From positions 557,908 through 621,907 of the forward strand of contig CAVRCS010000004.1 of the NCBI GenBank assembly GCA_963719635.1: a stretch of DNA of 64,000 nt. Direction: 5' to 3'. Below, piece after piece: positions 1 through 8,949 of the stretch (its first letter is position 1; the number at the start of each line of letters is the position of its first letter). The notes below the pieces were generated by a model, which was not told the origin of the DNA, made no database searches, and was given only the letters and a program-made list of their open reading frames with translations. The stretch comes from an uncultured Thermoplasmata archaeon. Lineage in GTDB: Archaea > Thermoplasmatota > Thermoplasmata > Lutacidiplasmatales > UBA184. Both the position numbers and the translations under genes were made by a program.

Positions 1-81
1 CCGCCCGAGTCCCAGAATGTAACGAGTCCGCGTCCATGAGGTAACTCACCGGGTCCCTCCGAGCCTTCTTTCGGTCCGGGT

Positions 82-909
82 CTACGCCCGGCTCGCCGTG
101 ACCATCCCTACCGGGGGATGGTCTTCCCCGAACTGCTGTCGCATCCGTTCGGCTTCGTCCCAGCGCCGCAAGAGGTCTTCGCGAAGTTCTCCGCTTCGGA
201 TCGTCTCCACGAGAGCCCGAGGGAAGAAGGCCAGAAAGTGCGGGAGGTCCAACTCGAGGGTCTCGGTCCGCTCTACGACGCCACCTGCCCGCTCCACCAG
301 CGACGCGAGGTAGGTCAGCGGGACATAGTGGAGATCGTCGCGGGTTCCGGAAGTAGCCATGAACACGTCTTCCCGGAGGTTGTACATCGCGAGATGGGCC
401 CGCTCCGCATTCGTCCGAGCGACCGGAAGCGACTCTGCCAGAAAGACGCGGGGAGAAACTCGAAGCATCTCCCGGAAGACTCGCACGGCGTTCTCTTCCC
501 CCCGGAGCGACCGAATTCCGTGTAGGCATACCGCAAGTTCCACCGCATCGGCACGGAACGGTAGACGGCGCGCGTCGCACGCGACGGGCCGGATTCGGTC
601 CCCCATGCCGCTGGCGGCCACGACGGGTCGGAACTGCTCCCATCGTGACCGTTCGACTGCCACGACCCGTCCCGCCCGCCCAGCCGCATAGGCGAGCGGA
701 ACCGTCGAAACAGCGTGGCCACCGGAGCCCACCTCGAGGACCCTGGCGCCCACCAGGTCTGGAGCCCTGCGAAGGACCACGTGCCGCTCCAGCATCTCGC
801 ACCGGAGCCACTCCGGAGGGAGCGGGGGAGTCGCTCGAAGTGGAACCCGGCCGATGAGGTCACGGAACTCCGGCGGGGCAGCCCGCAGCTGGGCCTCGAA
901 CCGCTCCAT
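82..909 (-). CDS. Class I SAM-dependent methyltransferase
   Basis: ORF 82..1017. Contains SAM-binding motif VLEVGSGGH followed by VVAVERS. Start moved to the internal ATG (MERFEAQL, residue 37) because the upstream 36 aa are low complexity. Confidence 0.65.
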   Translation of the reverse strand: MERFEAQLRAAPPEFRDLIGRVPLRATPPLPPEWLRCEMLERHVVLRRAPDLVGARVLEVGSGGHAVSTVPLAYAAGRAGRVVAVERSRWEQFRPVVAASGMGDRIRPVACDARRLPFRADAVELAVCLHGIRSLRGEENAVRVFREMLRVSPRVFLAESLPVARTNAERAHLAMYNLREDVFMATSGTRDDLHYVPLTYLASLVERAGGVVERTETLELDLPHFLAFFPRALVETIRSGELREDLLRRWDEAERMRQQFGEDHPPVGMVTASRA

Positions 910-1157
910 CCGGCAGCCGGTCGTGAATGGGCTCAGCCTTGAGGGATTATCGGTGCCGGCGTCTTCGGGCCCGCCGCTGGAGTCGAGCCGCCGGGGGAGC
1001 CCTCCGGGCACGGTCACCCCCTTACCGGTTACCCCGCGGCGAGGGAGGGCCCGCCGAGCCCGTGGCCCCCCGAGGGCGGGCTCCGGCTCTGGTCGCAGGC
1101 TCGCCCCGGCGCCGAGCGATACCTACCGCGAGCCGGCCTCGGGTTCTCGGGGCGATC

Positions 1158-4100
1158 CTAGCCCAGACGGGCGGCGATCGTCGGTCGGCCCCGTGCCGGC
1201 AGGAGCGCAGGCGCGAACGCGGGGGTCGCGGCCCCCTTGGCGGAGAAGACAACGTAGACATCCTCGTAGGGCCCGTTCACGACCACCTGCCCGCCGGACG
1301 GGTGGGCGTGGTACCCCTTCGCCGTCGCGCGGGCGGTGTAGTGATACGAGCCGTTGGTGAGGTTGAACCAGATTACGTCCGGCGCGGGCGCGCTCTCGGT
1401 CTGCCCCCTGATGGTGACCGACCAGTTTGTGCCGTTGGGCACTCCGGACTCGTTGAACAGCACCGGGAGGTAGTACGCGAAGTCCAGGACGATTCGCTCG
1501 CTCTTGGTCGCCGTGAGCGAGCCGGACGCCCCGCCGACGACGGTCTTGCCGACCTTGGCGGTGATCGTCTGGTTGACGAGCGGGGACGTCACCTCGTAGA
1601 CGTACGTCCCCGGCGCGAGGCCCGCGACCTTGAGCACGCTGCCGGAGCTGCAGAACGGCACGCTGTCGAGGTCCAGGCAGAACGACTGTCCCGCGCCCAA
1701 GCCCTTTTCCTTGAACGTGAGGGTCACGGTCTTCCCCTTTGCGAAGGAGACCGCCACGCTGGTGCTGGGGTATCTCGTGTTCACATTCGAGAGGCTCGGC
1801 GAGCCGACCCAGCCGTTGGGCCCGGCGACGAGCGCAGGGTACGTCCCGAGCGGGAAGGTGAAGTTCATCGCCGGGGTGTGGACCGACTGGCCGATCCCAT
1901 CGAAGTAGACCGACCATGCGTGCTTGCCGAGAGTCTGCGCCGCGAGTCCACTTTCGGTGAACGTCACCACCGAGACGAGACCGGGCGCGGTGCCGAGAGG
2001 GTGCTGGTCGGCGGTTCCGCCGAGGACCGGGTACGGGGCGAGGTGGCCACTAGAGTACGTGTGCCAGTCCGACCAGTAGTTCCCGACCCCCGCGGAGCTG
2101 TTGAAGTAATTCCCTGCCGCACCGATCGCTTGCGAGCTCCCGGGGATGTAGAGCACGCCGGTGAAGAAGTTGTAGAGGAACGCGTTGTCGTAGACGTGGT
2201 TCCCTTCGCCTACTAGGATCTCAACGGCGGGCCCGCCCGAGTGGAAGAAGATGTTGCCGGCTACGGTGTTGTCGTTCGATTGGACCACCAGCACCGCGAC
2301 TCCATCCTGAAGGAACTCCGAGCCGGTCACCGTGCTGGTGTTGCTGGCGTAGAGGACGAGACCGAAGACGTCCCCGACAGACCGCAGGTAGCTGACCGAC
2401 GCGCCCGTCACCCCCTCGAACTCGACCGCGGCGCCCCCGGACGAGGAGACGTTCACGAGCGTCACGTCCGAGGAGACCGAGATCGCCGCCCCCAGCGAGA
2501 CGTCGCTCGCGTTCAGCTGGAAGACATCCATCCCCGCAACACCCGGCAGGTTGTAGTACGGAGTTGTGTCCGCCTCGAGGGCGATGTCCTCCCCGGCGAA
2601 GATCCCGTCGGAAGCCCAGGTGACGTTCACCCAGGAGAACGAGTCGTCCAGGCTGCTGAACACTTCGGCCCCGTACGCCCCGAGGGCGGCGTAGATGCCC
2701 ACGACCGAGGTCCCCACTGAGCCGATATCCTGGACCCCCGCCGCGCCGGAGAAAGCGTCTACCGTGTGAACGGTGGTGCCGACCGAATCGCCGACGTACA
2801 CCCCGCCCGAGCCGTCCGAAGCGGTGACGTCCAAGACCTGCGCGTGGGAGTCACCCCAGAGGACGATCTCCCCGCCCTGGCCGCCGAACCCCTCAAGGCT
2901 CTCGTCACTGGCCCGGTCCCCGGCCCCGAAGTAGAGGTTGAGCTGCGAGGTGTAGCCGGGGTACGGACCGAGGATCGCCGGCACCCCGACGAGCACGCTC
3001 GGGGAGAACCCTCCGTCCCAGAAGTAGAGATTGCCGAGCGGCGAATCCTGCCCCTCGGTGAGGTTCTTGACGTGAACCGAGCCGACGCCGGAGGCCGTGA
3101 AGATCTCGAACGACGGGAACTGGTAGTCGTTCAGGTGGTTGAACGAGGCGTTCGGGCTGATGGTGAGGTTCTGGAAGGTGTAGGGGGCGCTCGCGGAACC
3201 GCTGACGTTGAAGGCGAGGGCGGACGCCTCCGCCGCCGAGAACATGTACAGCGGGGCGTTCAGCGAGCCCGGGTCCGACGGCAGGGTGAGCGTGTAGCCG
3301 GCGGCGTTTCCGGTGATCGGGGTACCGTTGACCTCGGCCGAGCCGGGGGCGAACGCCTGGACGTAGTACTGGCCGGTCCACGCCCCGCCGGTCGGCGGGA
3401 GGTCGGTGCTGAACGCCCCGGTGCTCGTGGTCGGCAGGACGCTGAAATTGTCCGGCAGGGAACCGTTCGCGAACGGGTCCGTGACGGGCGGCGTGTTGCT
3501 GACGAAGACGAACCCGTAGGAGGGGGTGATGGTGCCGGCGACGTGGATGTGGCCGGAGGCGACGGAGACGCTGGGGACCGCGTTCCACAGGCCGTACAGC
3601 ATCGCGGGCCCCTGGTTCGCCATCAGGAGATGGGCCGGGGTCCAGTAATCGGCGATGCCGGTGGACGTCTCGCCGGTGTCGGTGCCGAAGTTGTAGGCCG
3701 AGGGGACGGTCTGGAAGCCCCCGACGCTGGCGTTGGAGTACTCGAGGCTGATGGACGCGTTCAGGGCGCTGAAGACCGCGTTGTCGCCGCCAATGTCCCC
3801 GACGAGGTCGATCTCGGAATCCTCGGGGAGCCCCAGCGGCGTGGGGGTGAAACCGTTGACCGAGAAGGCGGGCGGGGCGGCCGCCGGACTGTCGCCGGTG
3901 TCGTTGAAGACGAGCTGGTCGCTGACCCCGGTGAACGTCTCGCTGAGGCCGGCCTCGTCGACGTAGTAGCCGTAGGTGAGGACGTCCTGGCCAAAGCCGT
4001 TGACGCTGGCGTTGTTGTACAGCTGGATGGTGACGGGGTAGGAGGCGGGGCTGAGAGGAATCGTGCCCCCGACGCACTGGAAGACGCCGCCGTAGACGTT

Positions 4101-4910
4101 GAGGATGTTCTGGGCGCCCGAGGTGTTGTTGTTGCAGGCCGAGACGAGCGTGCCGGGCGGGATGTAGGCGAACCCGTTGGTGAAGTTGAACGTGTCCGAC
4201 ACGAAGTGGATGCCGGTGTCGTTCCAGTTCACGACATTCTGGGTCCAGAAGACGCCCAGGGTGTTGCCCTGCAGCGAGACGTTGGTAAGGATGGTGTTGA
4301 GCTGGATGCCGAACTCGTCGACGCTGCCGACGTAGCCGAGGGATTGCCCGCCGGGCTCGATGACGCCCGTGGAGCCGGGGTCCGTGGCGTTGGGAGGGGT
4401 CAGGAATGTGACCGCGCCGAGCACGTGGGGCGCGTTGTACGCGTAGGGGTTCGCGCCGAGGCCGAAGTCGGCGAGGCCGAGCGGGGCGGGCTGCGCGAGG
4501 TACCCCGGGGTGATCACGTTCGAAACGTGCGCGACGGGATGTTCCAGGAGGTCGAGGTTGGGGAGGGAGGTCAGGGGGCGAATCGACGTCGAGGGGTGGA
4601 TCAGGCCGTAGACCCAGCTCCCCGGCTGGTTCGCCGACGGGAGGTGGGAGAGGGCGGCGATAACGGCGGGCGACGAGGGTCCGAACGGTCTCCCGTGGCT
4701 CGCGAGTTGGGAGCTGGTCCCAAGCTGCGAGGCGACGGCCGGCGCGGCAGCGGAGGCTCCGGCGGGATTAGCGGCGTACGCATCGGAGGTTCCCCCATGG
4801 GACGGGCTCAGAACGGCAGACGCGACCCCGAGGCCGCCTACCGCGGAGAGAGCCATGATCACTGTGGCGATCGTCGCAAGAACTGCTCCTCTCCGCTCGA
4901 ACATTCGCAT
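1158..4910 (-). CDS. Large secreted/anchored thermopsin-family (peptidase A5-like) protein with beta-helix region and Ig-like C-terminal repeats
   Basis: ORF 1158..5123, with start set to ATG 4910 (MRMFERRG). N-terminal hydrophobic anchor AVLATIATVIMALSAVGGLGVASA. Thermopsin-like blocks (PAPLGLADFGL, FGIQLNTIL, VFWTQNVVNW, FVSDTFNF, YNFGTDTGE) match my recollection of Sulfolobus thermopsin. Dozens of N-x-S/T sequons. The central Gly/Asn/Val-rich repeats look like a parallel beta-helix. Confidence 0.7.
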   Translation of the reverse strand: MRMFERRGAVLATIATVIMALSAVGGLGVASAVLSPSHGGTSDAYAANPAGASAAAPAVASQLGTSSQLASHGRPFGPSSPAVIAALSHLPSANQPGSWVYGLIHPSTSIRPLTSLPNLDLLEHPVAHVSNVITPGYLAQPAPLGLADFGLGANPYAYNAPHVLGAVTFLTPPNATDPGSTGVIEPGGQSLGYVGSVDEFGIQLNTILTNVSLQGNTLGVFWTQNVVNWNDTGIHFVSDTFNFTNGFAYIPPGTLVSACNNNTSGAQNILNVYGGVFQCVGGTIPLSPASYPVTIQLYNNASVNGFGQDVLTYGYYVDEAGLSETFTGVSDQLVFNDTGDSPAAAPPAFSVNGFTPTPLGLPEDSEIDLVGDIGGDNAVFSALNASISLEYSNASVGGFQTVPSAYNFGTDTGETSTGIADYWTPAHLLMANQGPAMLYGLWNAVPSVSVASGHIHVAGTITPSYGFVFVSNTPPVTDPFANGSLPDNFSVLPTTSTGAFSTDLPPTGGAWTGQYYVQAFAPGSAEVNGTPITGNAAGYTLTLPSDPGSLNAPLYMFSAAEASALAFNVSGSASAPYTFQNLTISPNASFNHLNDYQFPSFEIFTASGVGSVHVKNLTEGQDSPLGNLYFWDGGFSPSVLVGVPAILGPYPGYTSQLNLYFGAGDRASDESLEGFGGQGGEIVLWGDSHAQVLDVTASDGSGGVYVGDSVGTTVHTVDAFSGAAGVQDIGSVGTSVVGIYAALGAYGAEVFSSLDDSFSWVNVTWASDGIFAGEDIALEADTTPYYNLPGVAGMDVFQLNASDVSLGAAISVSSDVTLVNVSSSGGAAVEFEGVTGASVSYLRSVGDVFGLVLYASNTSTVTGSEFLQDGVAVLVVQSNDNTVAGNIFFHSGGPAVEILVGEGNHVYDNAFLYNFFTGVLYIPGSSQAIGAAGNYFNSSAGVGNYWSDWHTYSSGHLAPYPVLGGTADQHPLGTAPGLVSVVTFTESGLAAQTLGKHAWSVYFDGIGQSVHTPAMNFTFPLGTYPALVAGPNGWVGSPSLSNVNTRYPSTSVAVSFAKGKTVTLTFKEKGLGAGQSFCLDLDSVPFCSSGSVLKVAGLAPGTYVYEVTSPLVNQTITAKVGKTVVGGASGSLTATKSERIVLDFAYYLPVLFNESGVPNGTNWSVTIRGQTESAPAPDVIWFNLTNGSYHYTARATAKGYHAHPSGGQVVVNGPYEDVYVVFSAKGAATPAFAPALLPARGRPTIAARLG

Positions 4911-5192
4911 CCCCGCTGCCCGGTCGGGAGGACCCGGCTCGAGCGCCGAAGGCCTCTCCCCTCTTGAACTCGTCGAGGCGACGTTCCTCGACAGGGCCAC
5001 GTTTCGCAGGGTCCGGAAGCCGTTATTTGACGTCCGGGCGCCGAGGCAGCCGAGATCGGGAGTTGCAGGGTGGATCACCCTGCCGAGCCCGGGCTCCGAC
5101 GGCCCCCGGCGCCACGCTTTCACGGCTCAGGGCGTCAGCAGCTGGGAGCTCGCCGACCGCACTTCCGACCCCGGCGGTGCGCGGTCGCCCTG

Positions 5193-6458
5193 CTACGCGC
5201 CGTGGACCGGTCCATTCGACTCTCCGGGTGCGGTCGCCTCCGTTTCCGCCGGGAAGGCCCGCTTGACGTACCAGTCGGCGGTGAGATTGCCTACCACGAT
5301 CGAGATGAACGCCACCCCGAAGACCGTTGCGACGATCGTGTCGATGGTCCCCGTCGCGACCCCGCGCGGCGCCGCGAGCAACGAGAGCGCCAGCACGACC
5401 GGGATCGCCCCGCGGATGCCGGAGATCGCGATGACGTTGTACCAGCTGTCGGGGAGGCGCGAGCCGCCCACCCGCGAGAGCGGGCGGTGGAGATAGACGA
5501 ACGCCGCCCGGCCCACGGTCAGCAGCGCGGCGACGATCACGATGAGCCCGAGGTGAGCCAGGAGGTGCACGCTCGCGAAGAGGAGGCCCATCGCCAGGAA
5601 GACCACCGAGTTCGCGACGTAGACGATCACGGTCCAGAAGTCGTAGAGGCCGTGGCGGACGGCCGGAGCCGTCGCCCGGGGCGCCACCCAGGTCCCCACC
5701 GCGATCCCCGCGATGGTGCACGCGATGATGCCGGACGCCCCGAGCGCCTGCGCGAGCAGGAACGAGCCGTACGCGGCGACGAGCGAGAGGGCGGTCTCGA
5801 CGGCGGCGTCGTGGAGCCGAAGATGGAGCAGGTAGACGACCGCGGCGACGAGGAGCCCGACCGCCAGACCCCCCGCGACGAGGTAGGCGAACTGGGCGGT
5901 GGCGGCGACCGGATTCGCGTGGCCCGACGTGAGCACAGAGAGGAGCACGACGAACAGCGTCACCCCGACCGCGTCGTTCAGGAGCGCCTCGCTCTCGACG
6001 ATCGTCGCGAGGCCGGCGGGGACCTTGAGCCGGCGGAACAGGTCCACGATCGCGATCGGGTCGGTCGGGGAGAGGATCGCTGCGAGGAGCAGCGCCGCCG
6101 CGATCGGGAGGCCCGTGAGGTATCCGACCAGGGAGCCGGTGAAGAGGGTGATGAAGACGACGCCCAGGAACGCCAGGAACAGGATCAGTCCGGCGCGTCG
6201 GAGGAGGAGCCGGAGGTTGATGTTGAGCGCCGCCTCGAAGATGATCGGCGGGAGGATCAGGGTGAAGAACAGACCCGGGGCCAGCAGGGTCTGCGCGCTC
6301 ACTTTTAGCGGAGCGAACCCAGTTTCCGCCCCGAAGATCCCGATGGCGAAGCCGAGGAAGACCAGCGCGACGGTGTAGGGAACCCGCAGGCGGCGGGCGC
6401 CGATGACCACGACGACCGCGATGAGGACGAGCACGATGAACGGGGTGAGGCTCACCAT
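5193..6458 (-). CDS. Na+/H+ antiporter, CPA1 (NhaP-type)
   Basis: 421-aa polytopic membrane protein with the CPA1 signatures ILSPTDPIAI and IVESEALLNDAVGV. Confidence 0.85.
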   Translation of the reverse strand: MVSLTPFIVLVLIAVVVVIGARRLRVPYTVALVFLGFAIGIFGAETGFAPLKVSAQTLLAPGLFFTLILPPIIFEAALNINLRLLLRRAGLILFLAFLGVVFITLFTGSLVGYLTGLPIAAALLLAAILSPTDPIAIVDLFRRLKVPAGLATIVESEALLNDAVGVTLFVVLLSVLTSGHANPVAATAQFAYLVAGGLAVGLLVAAVVYLLHLRLHDAAVETALSLVAAYGSFLLAQALGASGIIACTIAGIAVGTWVAPRATAPAVRHGLYDFWTVIVYVANSVVFLAMGLLFASVHLLAHLGLIVIVAALLTVGRAAFVYLHRPLSRVGGSRLPDSWYNVIAISGIRGAIPVVLALSLLAAPRGVATGTIDTIVATVFGVAFISIVVGNLTADWYVKRAFPAETEATAPGESNGPVHGA

Positions 6459-6834
6459 GGGTCCGACGCGAGAGCAGGGCTCCGCCGCCCCGGTAGCGGA
6501 CGGCCCCCTTCAAGGAGAGCCCGCCGCGGCAGGTCCGGCACGGTCGCCCTTCGTGCAGGACTCTCGACCGAGGCGCGCGAGGGCAGCGAGGCGGGCGCCG
6601 CTTCGCCAGGGGGCGAGCGGCTCCTCCCCGAGCCGGCCCGAGCAGGGCCCGATCGACCGCGGTTTCACCCGGGAACTCCGCCCTGCGGCACTCGGGGCGC
6701 CGCCCGACTCGACCGGTGGCGCCCGCCGCTCGGGTTCCTTGGCACCGGGCCGTCGGACGCCTTCGAGCGCACCGTCCGGGCGCACTGTGGCCGCTCCCGG
6801 GCGGCGCTGTCGCCCGCGGGGACCGGTCGCACGG

Positions 6835-8721
6835 CTACGAGACGGTCGGCGCGCGCTGGAACCGCGCGACCGACTCCCGCGTCACGATGCCGACCAGCGC
6901 CCGCGGGTCGTCGGCCCGGGTGACGAGGAGCGCGTCCAGCCCCTCGCGGTCCATGATGCCGACGGCGTCCAACAGGGTAGAATCGACCCGGACGTACGGG
7001 AAGCTCTCCTGGACGATCTCGTGGACCATTGAGCGCCCCCGCTCCACCGCCGGGACCTCGAGAATGTCCGCGAGCCGCAGCTCGCCGGCGAGACGGTCCT
7101 TGTCGACGACCGCGAGCACCGGGTGCGGCGAACGGGAAAGGGCGTACTCGGCATCGTGCACCGACAGCGTCGGTGCCACGGTCGTTACGTCGTGCTCGAG
7201 CGCCTGCACGACGGGCATGTGCCGCAGGAACTCGGCGAAGTACTCGGTGGTGTGCGCCGGCGACGCGAGCCGGTTCTCGACCTGCTCCGAGTAGAGGTGG
7301 TGGCGGCCGGCGACGTAGAACCCGATGAAGATCGCGACCATCGCGGGAACGAGCAGCGTCTCGGACCCGGTCATCTCGACGACCATGAGGATCGTGGCGA
7401 TGGGGGCCTTGGAGACGCTCCCGAAGAACGCCATCATCCCGATGATGGTGTACGCGGCGACGTCCCCCGGGTCCATCAGCGAGCGTGCGGTGAGGTCGAG
7501 GAACCCGCTGACCGCGAAGCCGACGAGGGCTCCGACGACGATCGCGGGACCGAACAGGCCGGCGCTCCCGCCGGAGCCGACCGTCAGGGACGTCGCCATG
7601 ATCTTGACGAGGATCGCCCCGACCACGAGCAGCAGCAGGACGACCCCGGCGTGGCCTTGGAACAGGAACCACTGGACGACGCCGTAGCCGATCCCGACGC
7701 CGCCGATTGCCAGCAGGTGCCCCTGCAGCGGGACTAGGTAGTAGAGCGCGACGATCACCGCGCCGGCGATCCCCACGCCGACCGCGGGCCGGGACCACGG
7801 CGGGATCGGGAGGCGCTGAAAGCCGGCGCGGGTGCGGTGGAACGCGACGACGTAGAAGATGCCCAGGAGCCCGGCGACCGCGCCCAGGACCGCGAAGAAC
7901 GGAAGTTGGACAGGCGACCAGGCGACCCCCGGGGTCGCGAACTCCGGCCCGAAGCCGAAGAACCCCCCGAAGATCGAGTAGGAGACGACCGAGGCGATGA
8001 TCGAGGGCATGATCACCTCGGGCTCGAAGTCGGAGAGATAGAGGACCTCGCTCGAGAGGAGCGCGGCGCCGAACGGCGCCTTGAAGATCGCCCCGATCCC
8101 TGCGGCGAGCCCCGCCATCGCGGCGACGCGGCGCTCCTGGGTCGAGAGGCCCAGCGGGCGAGCGAGGAGGCTGCCGAGCCCGGAGCCGATCTGCGCGGTC
8201 GGCCCCTCACGGCCCCCGCTCCCGCCGGTCCCGATCGTGAGGACCGAGGCGAGGAACTTCAGCGGCGGGACCCGGTACCGGATCGCTCCCCGGCCACGGT
8301 GGAACGCCCGGATCGATTGGTCCGTCCCGTGGCCCTCCACCTCGGGCGCGATCCGCCACGTCAGCAGCCCGACGCCGAGGCCGCCGGCGACCATCAGGAT
8401 CGGGAGGAGGAAGAACGTCCGGGGGTTCGTCGCCCAGGAGTATCCGGCGCCCGGGGCCGCGCCACTGTGCGGCAGATGGATGCCCAACAGCATCCCCAGC
8501 AGCTCCGCCCCGCCCGCCGTCAGGGCGGCGTAGAAGGCGACGGCGACGAGGCCGGCCATGACGCCGACGCTCGTCCCGATCAGGGCCCAGCGGTACAGGC
8601 TTCGCGTCTCAAGGACGCCGGAGCGACGGATGCTCTCACGGAGCGTTTGCAGGCGGCCCGCCGGCCCGGCGGGGGACGGGGCCGCAGCCGGCGGTTCGCT
8701 CGAGGCGGGCGCTGACCCCAA
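6835..8721 (-). CDS. ClC-family chloride channel/transporter with C-terminal CBS pair
   Basis: Selectivity-filter motifs GSGGREGP and GLFGP, about 10 TM helices, and a C-terminal tandem CBS-like region (VTTVAPTLSVHDA ... VRVDSTLLDAV). Confidence 0.9.
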   Translation of the reverse strand: MGSAPASSEPPAAAPSPAGPAGRLQTLRESIRRSGVLETRSLYRWALIGTSVGVMAGLVAVAFYAALTAGGAELLGMLLGIHLPHSGAAPGAGYSWATNPRTFFLLPILMVAGGLGVGLLTWRIAPEVEGHGTDQSIRAFHRGRGAIRYRVPPLKFLASVLTIGTGGSGGREGPTAQIGSGLGSLLARPLGLSTQERRVAAMAGLAAGIGAIFKAPFGAALLSSEVLYLSDFEPEVIMPSIIASVVSYSIFGGFFGFGPEFATPGVAWSPVQLPFFAVLGAVAGLLGIFYVVAFHRTRAGFQRLPIPPWSRPAVGVGIAGAVIVALYYLVPLQGHLLAIGGVGIGYGVVQWFLFQGHAGVVLLLLVVGAILVKIMATSLTVGSGGSAGLFGPAIVVGALVGFAVSGFLDLTARSLMDPGDVAAYTIIGMMAFFGSVSKAPIATILMVVEMTGSETLLVPAMVAIFIGFYVAGRHHLYSEQVENRLASPAHTTEYFAEFLRHMPVVQALEHDVTTVAPTLSVHDAEYALSRSPHPVLAVVDKDRLAGELRLADILEVPAVERGRSMVHEIVQESFPYVRVDSTLLDAVGIMDREGLDALLVTRADDPRALVGIVTRESVARFQRAPTVS

Positions 8722-8949
8722 TCGTCCCTCGCCGGGCCGCCTTCGCTCTCAGCGGGGTTCCGCCGGGGCCCCGGAGAGTTGCTCCACGGACGCGACAGAG
8801 CTCGCGGGCTCGTGCTCGGCGATGCGGCCCACCCCCGTCGTTGACAAAACGATGACGCGCCGGGGCGGTTGCCGCCGTGCGACACCGTCGTTCGCCGCCC
8901 CCGAGGGAGCCCCGCGGCCCGCCGCCGCGGGGCTTCGGCGGTGCGCGCT

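Noticed and set aside
927-4967. Long plus-strand ORFs (927..2216 and 2766..4967, up to 733 aa) opposite the thermopsin-family gene
   Set aside because: The composition is Arg/Gly/Asp/Val junk with no motifs. They are antisense to a gene with clear family blocks. Long open antisense frames are expected at ~70% GC.
5023-6513. 496-aa minus-strand and 412-aa plus-strand ORFs overlapping nhaP
   Set aside because: These are Arg/Pro/Gly-rich low-complexity translations. The nhaP frame carries the TM helices and CPA1 motifs.
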